Below, one piece after another: positions 8,218-18,500 of a stretch of DNA of 30,507 nt. Below the pieces are notes generated by a model that searched no databases, was not told the origin of the DNA, and saw only the letters and a list, made by a program, of their open reading frames with translations. Location: positions 1 through 30,507 of the IMG/VR virus record IMGVR_UViG_3300013137_000072; one strand, written 5' to 3'. The first letter of the stretch is position 1. Every line of letters starts with the position of its first letter. Position numbers and translations under genes: made by a program. Source of the stretch: a virus. Taxonomy: Duplodnaviria; Caudoviricetes.

Positions 8218-9083
8218 TGAGTAACGTAACTCTGTTTAATCAAACCTTACCCGACTATCTTAAAGAAGTCGAACTTGATGACCTGACTAAATCTTTGGCG
8301 GGTAATACAGCGCTTAAGCGTATTTCTATTCGCGGCGGCGTATTTCGTATGATGGTCAACGGCGAAGAGATTGCCAAAAACGAAAACCGTGCAATGAATG
8401 TAGTTATTGTTAACGGCAATCCTCATGTATCCCGACAGTTTTACTCCGGTGCCTATGTTGCTGGAGAATCGGTTGCGCCCGACTGCTGGTCAAATGACGG
8501 CATTACGCCTGATTCAAGCATTGAGTCCGCACAAAACAAGACCTGTGACGGGTGCCCCCAAAACATCAAGGGGTCTGGCTCGGGCGACTCCCGTGCTTGC
8601 CGGTTCCAACAAAGGCTTGCTGTAGTTCTTGAGAGCGACATAGGTGGGGACGTATTCCAACTAACGCTGCCTTCTACTTCAATCTTTGGTCGTGGTGATT
8701 TGGATAAGATGCCCTTCCAACAGTACGCTAAGTATGTAGGGTCGCAGGGCAAAAACATTAACACCCTAGTTACCGAGATGAAGTTTGACTCGGACAGTGC
8801 AACTCCCAAACTGACCTTTAAGCCGGTTAGGTTCTTGGAGCGTGAAGAGTGGGCAGTCGCTAAAGAAAAAGGCAATAGCCCCGCTGCTAAGTCTGCAGTT
8901 GTACAAACTCCGACGCAAACTGATGGGTCGAAAGCAAAAGCCATAGCAGCACCGGCAAAGAAGGTAGATGTAGCCGATGAAATAGCCGAGCCGACCAAGA
9001 AGACAGCCAAGAAAAACATTGAGCCAGCGGCTAAGAAAGAATTTGCTGATGTCCTCAATGAGTGGTCTACTGACGATGAGTAA
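8217..9083 (+). CDS. Putative ssDNA-binding/annealing protein with Cys cluster
   Basis: Beta-rich body, PDCWS...CDGCPQN...ACR (4 Cys), Ala/Lys/Pro linker and acidic tail EWSTDDE as in phage SSBs. Function inferred from composition and position. Confidence 0.6.
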   Translation: MSNVTLFNQTLPDYLKEVELDDLTKSLAGNTALKRISIRGGVFRMMVNGEEIAKNENRAMNVVIVNGNPHVSRQFYSGAYVAGESVAPDCWSNDGITPDSSIESAQNKTCDGCPQNIKGSGSGDSRACRFQQRLAVVLESDIGGDVFQLTLPSTSIFGRGDLDKMPFQQYAKYVGSQGKNINTLVTEMKFDSDSATPKLTFKPVRFLEREEWAVAKEKGNSPAAKSAVVQTPTQTDGSKAKAIAAPAKKVDVADEIAEPTKKTAKKNIEPAAKKEFADVLNEWSTDDE

Positions 9084-9085
9084 GC

Positions 9086-9340
9086 ATGTCAGAAACACGC
9101 GGCTACTCGTTTCGGCTAATAGAAACTAACAAACGCGCAATCCCAACCCACCCCGGTGTCATGCTGGGGAGGTTGTGTATTGCTCAAGATATCCCAGTCT
9201 CGGACGCGGCACAGTTCTTTGGCGTAAGCCGTATGACCGTATACAAATGGTTTAAGGGTCAAGAAATGCCACGCAAAAAACAGATTGAGAAGATTGAGGA
9301 AGTCATTGCGAAACTTAAAACTAAAGTCCACTTGGATTAG
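9086..9340 (+). CDS. XRE/Cro-like helix-turn-helix protein
   Basis: IPVSDAAQFFGVSRMTVYKWFKGQEMP is a canonical HTH pattern. Confidence 0.85.
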   Translation: MSETRGYSFRLIETNKRAIPTHPGVMLGRLCIAQDIPVSDAAQFFGVSRMTVYKWFKGQEMPRKKQIEKIEEVIAKLKTKVHLD

Positions 9341-9342
9341 GA

Positions 9343-12222
9343 ATGGCTACAACAGACCTATTGTCGGCAGTGCTATCCACAGAGGGGTGGTACTGCATTG
9401 TCGGCTTAAAGAAAAAAGGTCTGCCCAAACAGGTTTTTGTACAGACGCTGATAGAAGCAGATCAAGAAATACAATCCCTTTTAAGCAAGCACTATGATGT
9501 TTATTTTGCCTGCTCTAAGTACGAAAAGCCTTCCACACGGACAGCAGATAACGTAAAAAATATTAAGTCGTTTTGGCTTGATATTGATTGCGGCGAAGGA
9601 AAACCCTATGCAGATCAGGCTGATGGGGCGTTAGCCCTGCTCAACTTTTGCAAAGCATTAGGGCTTCCTAAGCCGACTATTGTTAATTCGGGGCGTGGGC
9701 TTCATGTCTACTGGCCTTTGATATCTGCTGTCCCTCGGCTTGATTGGAAGCGTGTAGCAGAGAAGCTAAAGAAACTTTGCGTTGACTACAATCTCGAAGC
9801 CGACCCTGCCCGTACATCAGATGCAGCATCTATCTTAAGAATACCGGAGACCCTAAACTATAAGTCTGATCCCCCTGCGCAAGTCCAACTACAGCACCTC
9901 TCGCAACCAGTAGACTTTGAGGCGTTTAAGACTTTATTGGGTGTATCTGACACAGATGGGGAAGCGCCTGACTATGCTACTAGCAATTTAAATGAACTAA
10001 CCAAAGCCTTGATGGGCAACCGGCAGTCTCGGTTTCAAACCATCTGGCTAAAAACTCAGAACAACGAGGGGTGCGCTCAGATAAAGTACGCAATGGACAA
10101 CCAAGAAAGTTTGGAAGAACCTCTTTGGCGTGGCGCTTTATCAATTGCAGCATATTGTGTAGATAGTGATACAGCCGTACATGAGATATCTAAAGGGCAT
10201 CCAAATTACTCTGAACAAGAGACTGAGAACAAAGTTAGGCTAATCAAAGGCCCGTATACTTGCGAAGTATTTAACAAAAACAAACCCAATATTTGTGACA
10301 AATGCCCGCACTGGGGGCAAATTAAATCGCCGATTGTACTTGGCGCTGAGATTGCTGAAGCCGCACCGGAAGATAATGTCGTACAAGTTACTCCACCGGC
10401 TGCGTTTATGCCGGTTACATACACTATTCCTGAGTACCCGTTCCCATTCTTTAGAGGTAAAAACGGCGGAGTTTATTCCCGCCCCGCCGAAGACGGAGAA
10501 GAACCAGATCTAATTTATGAGCATGACCTATATGTAGTAAAGCGTATGCGTGACCCCGAGTACGGCGAAATGGTTTGGATGAGACTGCACACACCAAAAG
10601 ATGGAGTCAAAGAATTTGCATTGGCAGCTATGGATTTACTTGCAAAAGAGAAACTGCGGGACAAGCTTGCTTATCAAGGAATTGTTGCCATGACTAAGCA
10701 GATGGAAGCGATTATGTTCTATGTTGTGCGGTTTACTAAGGAGTTGCAGTTTAAACATGAGGCAGAAATTATGAGAACGCAGTTTGGTTGGACAGATAAA
10801 TATAAATCTTTTGTAGTAGGCGACACAGAAATTTGCGCCGACGCCGACAGGTATAGCCCACCGTCTAGTTACACTAAAGAGTTAGCGCCGTGGTTTGAGC
10901 CACAAGGCACGCTAGAAGAGTGGCAGTCTGTTATTAATGTTTACAACAACCCCGGCTTTGAGCCTATGGCCTTTGGCTTCTTTACGGCTTTCGGTGCTCC
11001 CCTTATGAAACTGCTGAACCTCAAGGGGGCCATTATCAACCTAATCAACAATGAATCCGGTACGGGTAAGACCACGACACTCAAGGCCATGCACAGTGTG
11101 TACGGCCACCCCGAAGAGTTGATGCTGATTCAGAGGGACACCATGAACGTTAGGCTGCACCGGCTTGGGGTTATGAACAACCTTGGGTTAGGCTGTGACG
11201 AGATTACCAAGATGACTCCAGACGACTTCTCCGACTGGGCATACGCTGTTTCTCAAGGCCGAGGCCGTGGTCGAATGAAGTCTAGTGCCAATGAAGAACG
11301 TAAAAACTTTGCCCGTTGGGAAACTATTCTTTTGTGCTCATCGAATGCATCGGTAGTAGATAAGCTGAAGTCCTTGACTAAGTCGGCAGATGGAGAGTTA
11401 ATGCGGGTTATTGAGTATGAAATCCCGTCAGTTAAGCTGTTGAGCAAGGAAGAAGCGGATGAAATTTATCCTAAGTTGTATACAAACTATGGTCACGCGG
11501 GGCGTATATACCTGCGCGACTTGGTTTCTAACTTGGAAGAACGGCTTGAAGAAGTTCGTCAAATCCAAAAGATCATCGATAAAAAGGTTGGATTCACAAA
11601 CCGTGAACGTTTTTGGTCAGGTGTTGCTGCTTGCAATATTGCTGGGGCTTTATTTGCTAGGCGTTTGGGGCTTTTTGATATTGATGTTGGCAGAGTGTTC
11701 AAGTGGATGCTCACTCATTTTGGGGAAATGAAAGAAGAAATTAAGCCACCCCTAACGAGCCAAGCCAGTGTCATAGGTGAGTTTTGGAATATGCACCGCA
11801 ACAATACGCTGGTTATTAATGGTGAGGTTGACAAGCGAACCGGGGTAGAGATGTTGCCGATTCTAGAGCCACGCGGGGAATTGATGATCCGCATGGAGCC
11901 GGACACCATGAAGTTGTTTATTACGGCTACCGCACTGCGGAAATACTGTACCGAGCACCGGATTACGCTAAAAGATGTCTTGACTTCCCTGACCGCCGAG
12001 GGTGTCTATGGGGGCGCTACGAAGAAACGGATGTCCAAAGGCACTAAATTAAGCGCTGTGCCGCCTGTAGATGTGTACGTCTTTGACTGTTCTAGGGGCG
12101 ATTTTCTTGACCCAGACGTCTTTATTGCCGCCGCCCAGCACGGTTTAGACGACCCCGATGCGGCTCAAGAAGAGGTTCAGGAGGAGGCTCCGGCGGAGGA
12201 AACACCGAAAGATGCAGGTTAA
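9343..12222 (+). CDS. Primase-helicase (AEP/RepB-like primase, Cys domain, DUF927-type helicase)
   Basis: WLDIDC, IVNSGRGLHVYW and ILRIP primase motifs; YTCEVF..CDKCPHW; QFGW; Walker A ESGTGKTT; Walker B CDEIT; ILLCSSN sensor. Confidence 0.9.
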   Translation: MATTDLLSAVLSTEGWYCIVGLKKKGLPKQVFVQTLIEADQEIQSLLSKHYDVYFACSKYEKPSTRTADNVKNIKSFWLDIDCGEGKPYADQADGALALLNFCKALGLPKPTIVNSGRGLHVYWPLISAVPRLDWKRVAEKLKKLCVDYNLEADPARTSDAASILRIPETLNYKSDPPAQVQLQHLSQPVDFEAFKTLLGVSDTDGEAPDYATSNLNELTKALMGNRQSRFQTIWLKTQNNEGCAQIKYAMDNQESLEEPLWRGALSIAAYCVDSDTAVHEISKGHPNYSEQETENKVRLIKGPYTCEVFNKNKPNICDKCPHWGQIKSPIVLGAEIAEAAPEDNVVQVTPPAAFMPVTYTIPEYPFPFFRGKNGGVYSRPAEDGEEPDLIYEHDLYVVKRMRDPEYGEMVWMRLHTPKDGVKEFALAAMDLLAKEKLRDKLAYQGIVAMTKQMEAIMFYVVRFTKELQFKHEAEIMRTQFGWTDKYKSFVVGDTEICADADRYSPPSSYTKELAPWFEPQGTLEEWQSVINVYNNPGFEPMAFGFFTAFGAPLMKLLNLKGAIINLINNESGTGKTTTLKAMHSVYGHPEELMLIQRDTMNVRLHRLGVMNNLGLGCDEITKMTPDDFSDWAYAVSQGRGRGRMKSSANEERKNFARWETILLCSSNASVVDKLKSLTKSADGELMRVIEYEIPSVKLLSKEEADEIYPKLYTNYGHAGRIYLRDLVSNLEERLEEVRQIQKIIDKKVGFTNRERFWSGVAACNIAGALFARRLGLFDIDVGRVFKWMLTHFGEMKEEIKPPLTSQASVIGEFWNMHRNNTLVINGEVDKRTGVEMLPILEPRGELMIRMEPDTMKLFITATALRKYCTEHRITLKDVLTSLTAEGVYGGATKKRMSKGTKLSAVPPVDVYVFDCSRGDFLDPDVFIAAAQHGLDDPDAAQEEVQEEAPAEETPKDAG

Positions 12223-12409
12223 TGGGGTCAACTACGAGGTAGATTGGACTAAGTTTAGGGTAGGCAGATCCTTTTTTGTGCCCTGCCTAGATGTAGAGGA
12301 AGCCCGAGCCGTTGTAAAAAACACTATGGACAGACTGGGATTTGAGGTCAAAGTAAAGTTAGTAGTGGAGGACGGGTTCCGTGGCTTGCGTATTTGGAGA
12401 ATTGGGTAG
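12212..12409 (+). CDS. Small phage protein (65 aa; G.SFFVP...G.RIWRI type)
   Basis: ATG 12212 with GGAGGA at 12195-12200; compact alpha/beta pattern VGRSFFVPC...GLRIWRIG. Confidence 0.7.
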   Translation: MQVNGVNYEVDWTKFRVGRSFFVPCLDVEEARAVVKNTMDRLGFEVKVKLVVEDGFRGLRIWRIG

Positions 12410-12415
12410 TACACT
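12386..12415 (+). promoter_or_regulatory. Putative sigma70 promoter for the small RNA
   Basis: TTGCGT (12386-12391), 18 bp spacer, TACACT (12410-12415); predicted +1 near 12421-12423 coincides with the base of the first hairpin. Confidence 0.5.
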
Positions 12416-12420
12416 TCGAC

Positions 12421-12516
12421 CTGACAGTGCCTCCTCGCTGTCGGTGCCTATGGCACTCCTCTTGGTGGTTGAACTCCTTCAACCTTGCACCCCCGCCCAG
12501 CGCGGGGGTCTTTTTT
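12421..12516 (+). ncRNA. Candidate structured small RNA with three anti-SD (CUCCU) modules
   Basis: Hairpins CTGACAGTG-cctcct-CGCTGTCGG, GTGCC-tat-GGCAC and GGTTGAA-ctcc-TTCAACC, then a terminator. G-U pairs and the U tract indicate the + strand. No plausible translated ORF. Confidence 0.6.
12489..12516 (+). terminator. Rho-independent terminator ending the + strand arm/sRNA
   Basis: ACCCCCGC-ccagc-GCGGGGGT then CTTTTTT; overlaps the stop codon of the convergent giant gene. Confidence 0.9.
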
Positions 12517-15500
12517 ACTCCCTGCCGTAATCCAGCATTGGATCAACCCTACCACGAAGTTTTTTAGTCACTCTGGCCCCAAAATCTTCGGCCTGATTAC
12601 GGGCTTTCCGACGTTTTTCAAACGATTCGTTTAACTCTTTGGGGGTGATGCGGAAATCAGGATATGTGTCGTTAAATTTGTCACGAGCCTCTAGCGCTTT
12701 CTCATAGCTTTTTGAATCGCCATTTTCATATTCATACCAAAGCCGATCCATTATGGCTGTTTTCCTGCCTTCTATTTTTTTAGAGTATGTCTGACCTTCA
12801 ATTACTGATTTTTGTTTAACAGCAAGACGCTCTGGTTGGAACCCTATAGATTGAAGAGCAAGCTCCCATGCGCTAAACTCTTTAATAAGCTCGTCACCAG
12901 CTAATGTTTTAGCGCCTTCTTGCGACATTCTGTACGCTTTCATGGGGCTAGATACAACATTTGGAACAGCTTTTTCCGTTGCTCTATCAAGCCTACCATC
13001 ATTAAATAAACTGTACGCATCGACAAAATTCATTGCAAGTCCTGCAGCGGGTCCACCTATAGAAATGGCGGCCTCTAGTGCGGCTTGGCGTTCTTCCCTT
13101 GCGTATCGTGGGTCGCGCCACCATAAATTTCTCAGGTCTAAACTTACTCGATCAGACAAACTAATTCCAGTTGCGGTAGCCACAGGGCCTCGGGCTACGG
13201 AAAGACCCATTTTTTTCCCGTACTCTTCAGCTGTTTTTTCAGACGCCCCCATTTTTTGTAATAAATCAGAAGCGTAGCCACCAAGCACCCGTTGACAATA
13301 ATTTCTAAACCAGTTTTCCCAGTCAAAAAACTCATCGTCATCTGGTCCAAACCATGCTGCAATAATAGTACCAACGATAGAGAAGAATGGTGTGGCAGCT
13401 ACCCCTCCAAGTAATGCCGCAGTTCCTAACAGCCCAGCCATTCGACTAAACGCTTCTTTACGTATGGTTTTTAAATTTTCATTAATTTCAGTTATTCGTT
13501 GATCAATTATTTGCTGAGAGTTAACGGCGTTTTTTAAATCTTCTGAAAGGATACGCCGAATATCTTGTTTCTCAGATGCGGACAAAGCGCTGTACATTTC
13601 CTGCATAGTTCTACCTATAAAAATAGTAGCGTAGATAGGAAATGCTTTAAAAATAAACAACACGTTTACGCCAGGTATGGCCATAATTCTAGGCTTCATT
13701 TGGCGAGTAAAATCCCCCAAAGAAAGCCCAATACGATCTCTAGCTTCTTGAATAGCGTCATCAAACGCTTCGTCTTGAGTACGCATTAATGGTTGCCCAC
13801 TAGCGTCTCGAAGAACATACCCAGATAAATCACGCTTAGGTTCTTTTAAAAACTTTTCATACGCTAACTCAAAGGCAGTAAGTAATCCCACCTCTCGCAT
13901 TATCCGTTCAGTTTGATGCAAAGGCTGAGAAATAAAATTTTTAGCGCGTGCATATCGACCTGTATAAAGAGCCGAAGGGGTATCCCCCAAACCCATAATA
14001 TCGCTAGTTAAAGAAATATTTACATCGTTTTCGGACAGAAATACGTCTGCGGCTTTTTGCTGGAGCGCGTTTAGTTGCCCAGACTCGAAAAGAGAAGGGA
14101 ACCTAGCCTGCGCAGGTTTAAGCGAAAGCAACGGTAAAAAAGAGCGCTTAACACTTGATTTTCCGTACCCACGAAAATGTCGCGCTGCTATTCTATACGC
14201 CTTGACAAACCCATACGCCCCACCTAAATTAGACATGACTAATTGGGGGAACCCAAGTAAGTTAACTAACGCCGTTGCTGGCGCAGTTAGCATATACAAA
14301 TAAGTACCTTCAGCAATTTTAGACGAAATAACGGCTCCAGCGTTATAGTCTTCGTTGCTCATGATTTGTTTAGTGCGTGCTTCTACTTCTAAAATAAAAT
14401 CACCATATACAGCAGCGTTAGGGCTACCTTTGTACTTATCATGTACGTAATCTCGTGCGGTGTTTAAATTAGCTAAAAACTGTTCAGCGTATTTAAACCG
14501 AGATTGTTGATACGCACTATGAACAGCAGTGGTAGCAAAAACACGAAGCATATCGGCGCTAGCGCCCTGTATGCCTTGTCGATTAATAAACATTTTTCGC
14601 ATACTTTGCTGCGGCAACAAAACGTAAATTAGCTGGTCAATGCTACTTTTTAACTCTTCTTTCATTTGTGCCGTGCTGAACCGCTGTTCAACTTCTGCTA
14701 CTGTTGGTTTGCGCCCGAGTTCTTTGGTTAATTTTGCCTCGATTTCTTTGTATTGCTTTGGAGTAGGATTGGGAATAGCCCCAAGTTCGTCCACCAAACT
14801 TTGTACATCAGCTAAAACTTTAGTAGTTGCAATATTTTTACTATAAAGTTCAGATAATCCATTGCCTGATAGCATCGTGTTGGCTAAATCGCTTCGCCCC
14901 TTCGCAATAAGCTGTTGTCGACGTAGCTCCATAGCGATATTTCGGCTACCTTCGTCTTCAAATTCAACAAATTCTTTAAAGTTTCCTTTGCCAACTTGGA
15001 ACCAAAACCGCCCAAACCGTCGTATTGGAAAGTAAGGTTTAACTAACTTATCCAAACTAAACTGACGATTTAATTGCCGCAGTAGTTCTTTCTTTTCTGA
15101 CAAAGACTTACCGGATTTCATAATCCGGCTCTTCATTTCTCTAATTGTTTCGTTTAAGTTGTTGGAATAAAAGTCACGTACGCGACGATATACATTTCTA
15201 AATGCGTCTGGGAGTACATCCCATGCCCTTGCAAGTGCGTCATTTGGGTCTAACTCTGTACTAGAAGCCGTATCAGGATCGATACGACGCAAAGTAGCTT
15301 CTAACATAATGCGGCACATCAGACGCTCCATTGTGGGGCCTTTCTTTTGTAGCGCCATCCAATCGTCTGCAATACTTGCAGCTTTTGTCATTAACTGGTT
15401 TCTATACGACAACATCTGTTCAACAATTCGTACAGCTGCTTGCAGTTGAGGAAAAGCCATTTTAGTTACATCGCTAAGATGCCGCAGGCCCATTTCAGGA

Positions 15501-18500
15501 AGCACCATCCTACGTAACTGACTATGCCTAGCGTCAAAGAGCAATTTTGCTACTTTTTTAGCGGCGTTAGGCCAAGGTACGCCACCCTTTACCATTTGCC
15601 TATACATATCAAGATAAGATTTACCGTAGTCTTCATCCGCCCGCCAGTTATTTGTTATTGGGCCTCTGACTTGAGCTTTACGCGGAGCGCTAGCAAAACG
15701 AATACCAATTGAAATTGGCTTTTTAGTACGCACTGCCGAGAACAGTTGCGTAGCCTGTGCCATTGCATTACCAGCAAGGTTATTAATACCAAACAATCTG
15801 TAAATAGTTCTAGCGATGCTGGTTAACAAAGATTGTTTTGCCGGGGCATACGGTATTTTTTGTATGCGTTCACGAAATGCTTTGTTTGTAAATAGTTCTG
15901 AAACAAATTCATGTAAATCAGTAAACCCATACAAATCAAGTGGGATTTGCTTTTTGGCATACTCGAACATCTCATAGAGTTGTTCCAAAGCAGCCCTCTG
16001 GCCCGGTGTTAAAGTATCTAGATCGGCGTTGATAACGGCTTCAGTTGCTGCATGAAGTACTTCGTGCAACAAAACATCATTGCTGGCCGACTCTAAATTT
16101 AGGTAGATGGTGTCAAATTCTGGCGCAAAGAATCCGGGGACAACCAATCCTTTTATGTTCTTATTAAATGCACCAGTAACATCTTCAAATTCGGCAATGA
16201 CCGGCCCCATATTAAAGTTGCGTTCTTTTAAAAACTTCAGTCCTTCATAAACTTTTTCAAGGTTCTCGGCGCGATCATAGTTTTCAAAGTACTTTTTGTA
16301 GACGTCTGGATACGTACGCTGCACGTAGTCAAACAACCTAAATTGTTGTGGTGCAACTAGTTCATTAATTTGCCTGCGTATAAGGTTAGCTGGGTTGTTT
16401 AGGACTATCGTAGTTGGTAATTTAAGATCTGCAAGTACTTTTGCTAAATCGCCATAAAACCCTGTAGTGCGGGCAGCAAGGGCTTGTAAAGCCCCAGTGA
16501 GGTTGTCTTTGGCAAGCGCTTCTAAAACTGGGCGGCTAAACTTCCCAGACTGCATACCAAGATTGACAATTAATTCCTCATCAGATCCTGCACGGATTGG
16601 GCTTGTTGGATCCGTTGCACCAGTGGGGCGTATATCGCTACCCCCTCTGGATCTTTCTCCTGCTTGTAAAGCTGGAGGTGCGTATTCGCTGCCTGATATA
16701 GGACTTCCAGTTGGTGCTGAGGCGGTACTTTCCTCGTAGTCTTCAAGAGACTTTGCAGTGTTTTTTGTTGTACTTCGTCCATATGCTTCCCTCATTGCAG
16801 TGAAAGTTGACTCGTGCCGAACTAAAATATCGAGTAACGCATCTCGATAGTAATCCATTATTCCAGAATCACCAAGATATTGCTGAATCTGCAGCATTTG
16901 CTGGTTGTGCCCTACCCCGTGTTCACGATTTCTAACGTGCGCTAGTTCGTGAATCATGGTATTTAAAAAGTTTTCTCTTACCCCAAATAAACTTCTAGCA
17001 CCCCAATCATAAAACGGGTTAAGGTAGTTTGCTTTGTAAGGCACTAAAAGACTTAAGCCGCCATATTTTTTATCTATGGATATACCGGTAAACCATAGGT
17101 TTTTTGGATCTAATACGTCGTAGCCATACATACCACTTTTGGCAATCGCTTCTTTCATTTCAACATAGAGCGACCCTAATTCGGCAAAGAATTGCTCTGG
17201 GTTACCGTATGCACGACCAACTTCTAGAAAATCTACGTTTGTATTATTGTGAAATATAGGTTGGCTAGGGTTTTGAGACATTTGTAACAGAAATTGCTCC
17301 ATTTTAGGGGCTTCTTTTTCTGCTTCAAACGATCCTTTTATTTTTCGCTCATCTTCTGGCCTACCATCTGCAAGAACTGTACCTTTTAGGTCAAATACTT
17401 GAGTGCCCCTAACCGTAACTTCTTCAGGCATAGGAGGTAGTTCAAACTTAGAAACTTCATCTCTGCGTTTATCAAATACTTTTTTAAGTTTTTCAGACGT
17501 TTCCCGTATGTCGGCTCCAACGTCTATTCTAGGCATTGACACTATGTTCTTAAATGAATCTTGCAATCCTTGCGCTTCAGCACCACGCGCTACTTGCTGC
17601 AAATAGGCAACTAAAGCCTTTACATCGGCTTCATGAGATGGCCGAAATGTTTCGCGGGATGTGGTAAATGGGTACTGTGTATTTTGAGGTTTAACGTTTG
17701 ACTTTATATCAACAATAATGTCAAAAGGAATGGGGTCTTGTTGAGTCAACATAAACTTGCCATAACTACCACCTGTACCATTAAATTGATACACCCCACT
17801 GGAAAGCACGTAGTGTTTAGGATTTTCTGATCGATTTACGGCGTAATAAATATCTGCAGTGCCCCAATCAAAATTAACTTTGGTAAGTAGCGGCATTGCA
17901 CCATAATCAAAATTAACACCGGTTTGTAGAATAGTAGTTTCTGGGTTTGCATACGAAGTTATAGAAGTTACTTTTACCTCAACCGGGCCAACTAAGGGTT
18001 TTGTAAGGGCTTGAATGCTAGTAGGAGATGTTTTAAACCAAATACTTTGCTCTTCTCCTTTTTGATCTACATAACTTTTAGGAATTTTTACTACAACTTT
18101 TGTACCGTGTTCTTTTTTAGGGGCAGGCGCGGTTTTAATTTTAAAATCGCTACGACGGATTTGACTTGCTGTTGCTGAAACTGTATTACGAACACCTTCT
18201 CTTGCAGTATCTAAAGAAATAGATTCTGTGCTGGTCATAAAAGCAACTTTGGCAAAGCCGTATCCACCGCTTGATAATTGTGGCGGTACATCTTTTGCTG
18301 TACCAGCAATCTTAAAAAATGCCCCATCGACAATATCCGACGTCATCCCTATGCCATCGTCTTCAATGGTAATTGTGCGATCTACTTCATTAAGCGTAAT
18401 ACTAATATGCCCTATACCTGTCATAACTTTGTGGTATATAGCCTCTTTAATAGCATCAAAAGAGTTTTGAAGTAACTCTTTAACCGCAACATCTGTGATA

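Noticed and set aside
8453-9058. 201-aa antisense ORF and other shadow ORFs (1530..1952, 7492..7800, 12942..13277, 18228..18475 etc.)
   Set aside because: They lie entirely opposite well-supported genes with no motifs or evident RBS; expected from codon bias.
12421-12516. Minus-strand reading as a CsrA/RsmA sponge (GGA in loops), or a tRNA/CRISPR-like element
   Set aside because: On the - strand hairpin 1 would contain C-A mismatches where the + strand has G-U pairs, and the U tract and promoter are on +. No tRNA T/D-loop consensus and no equal-length repeat-spacer units. Not fully excluded without strand-specific data.
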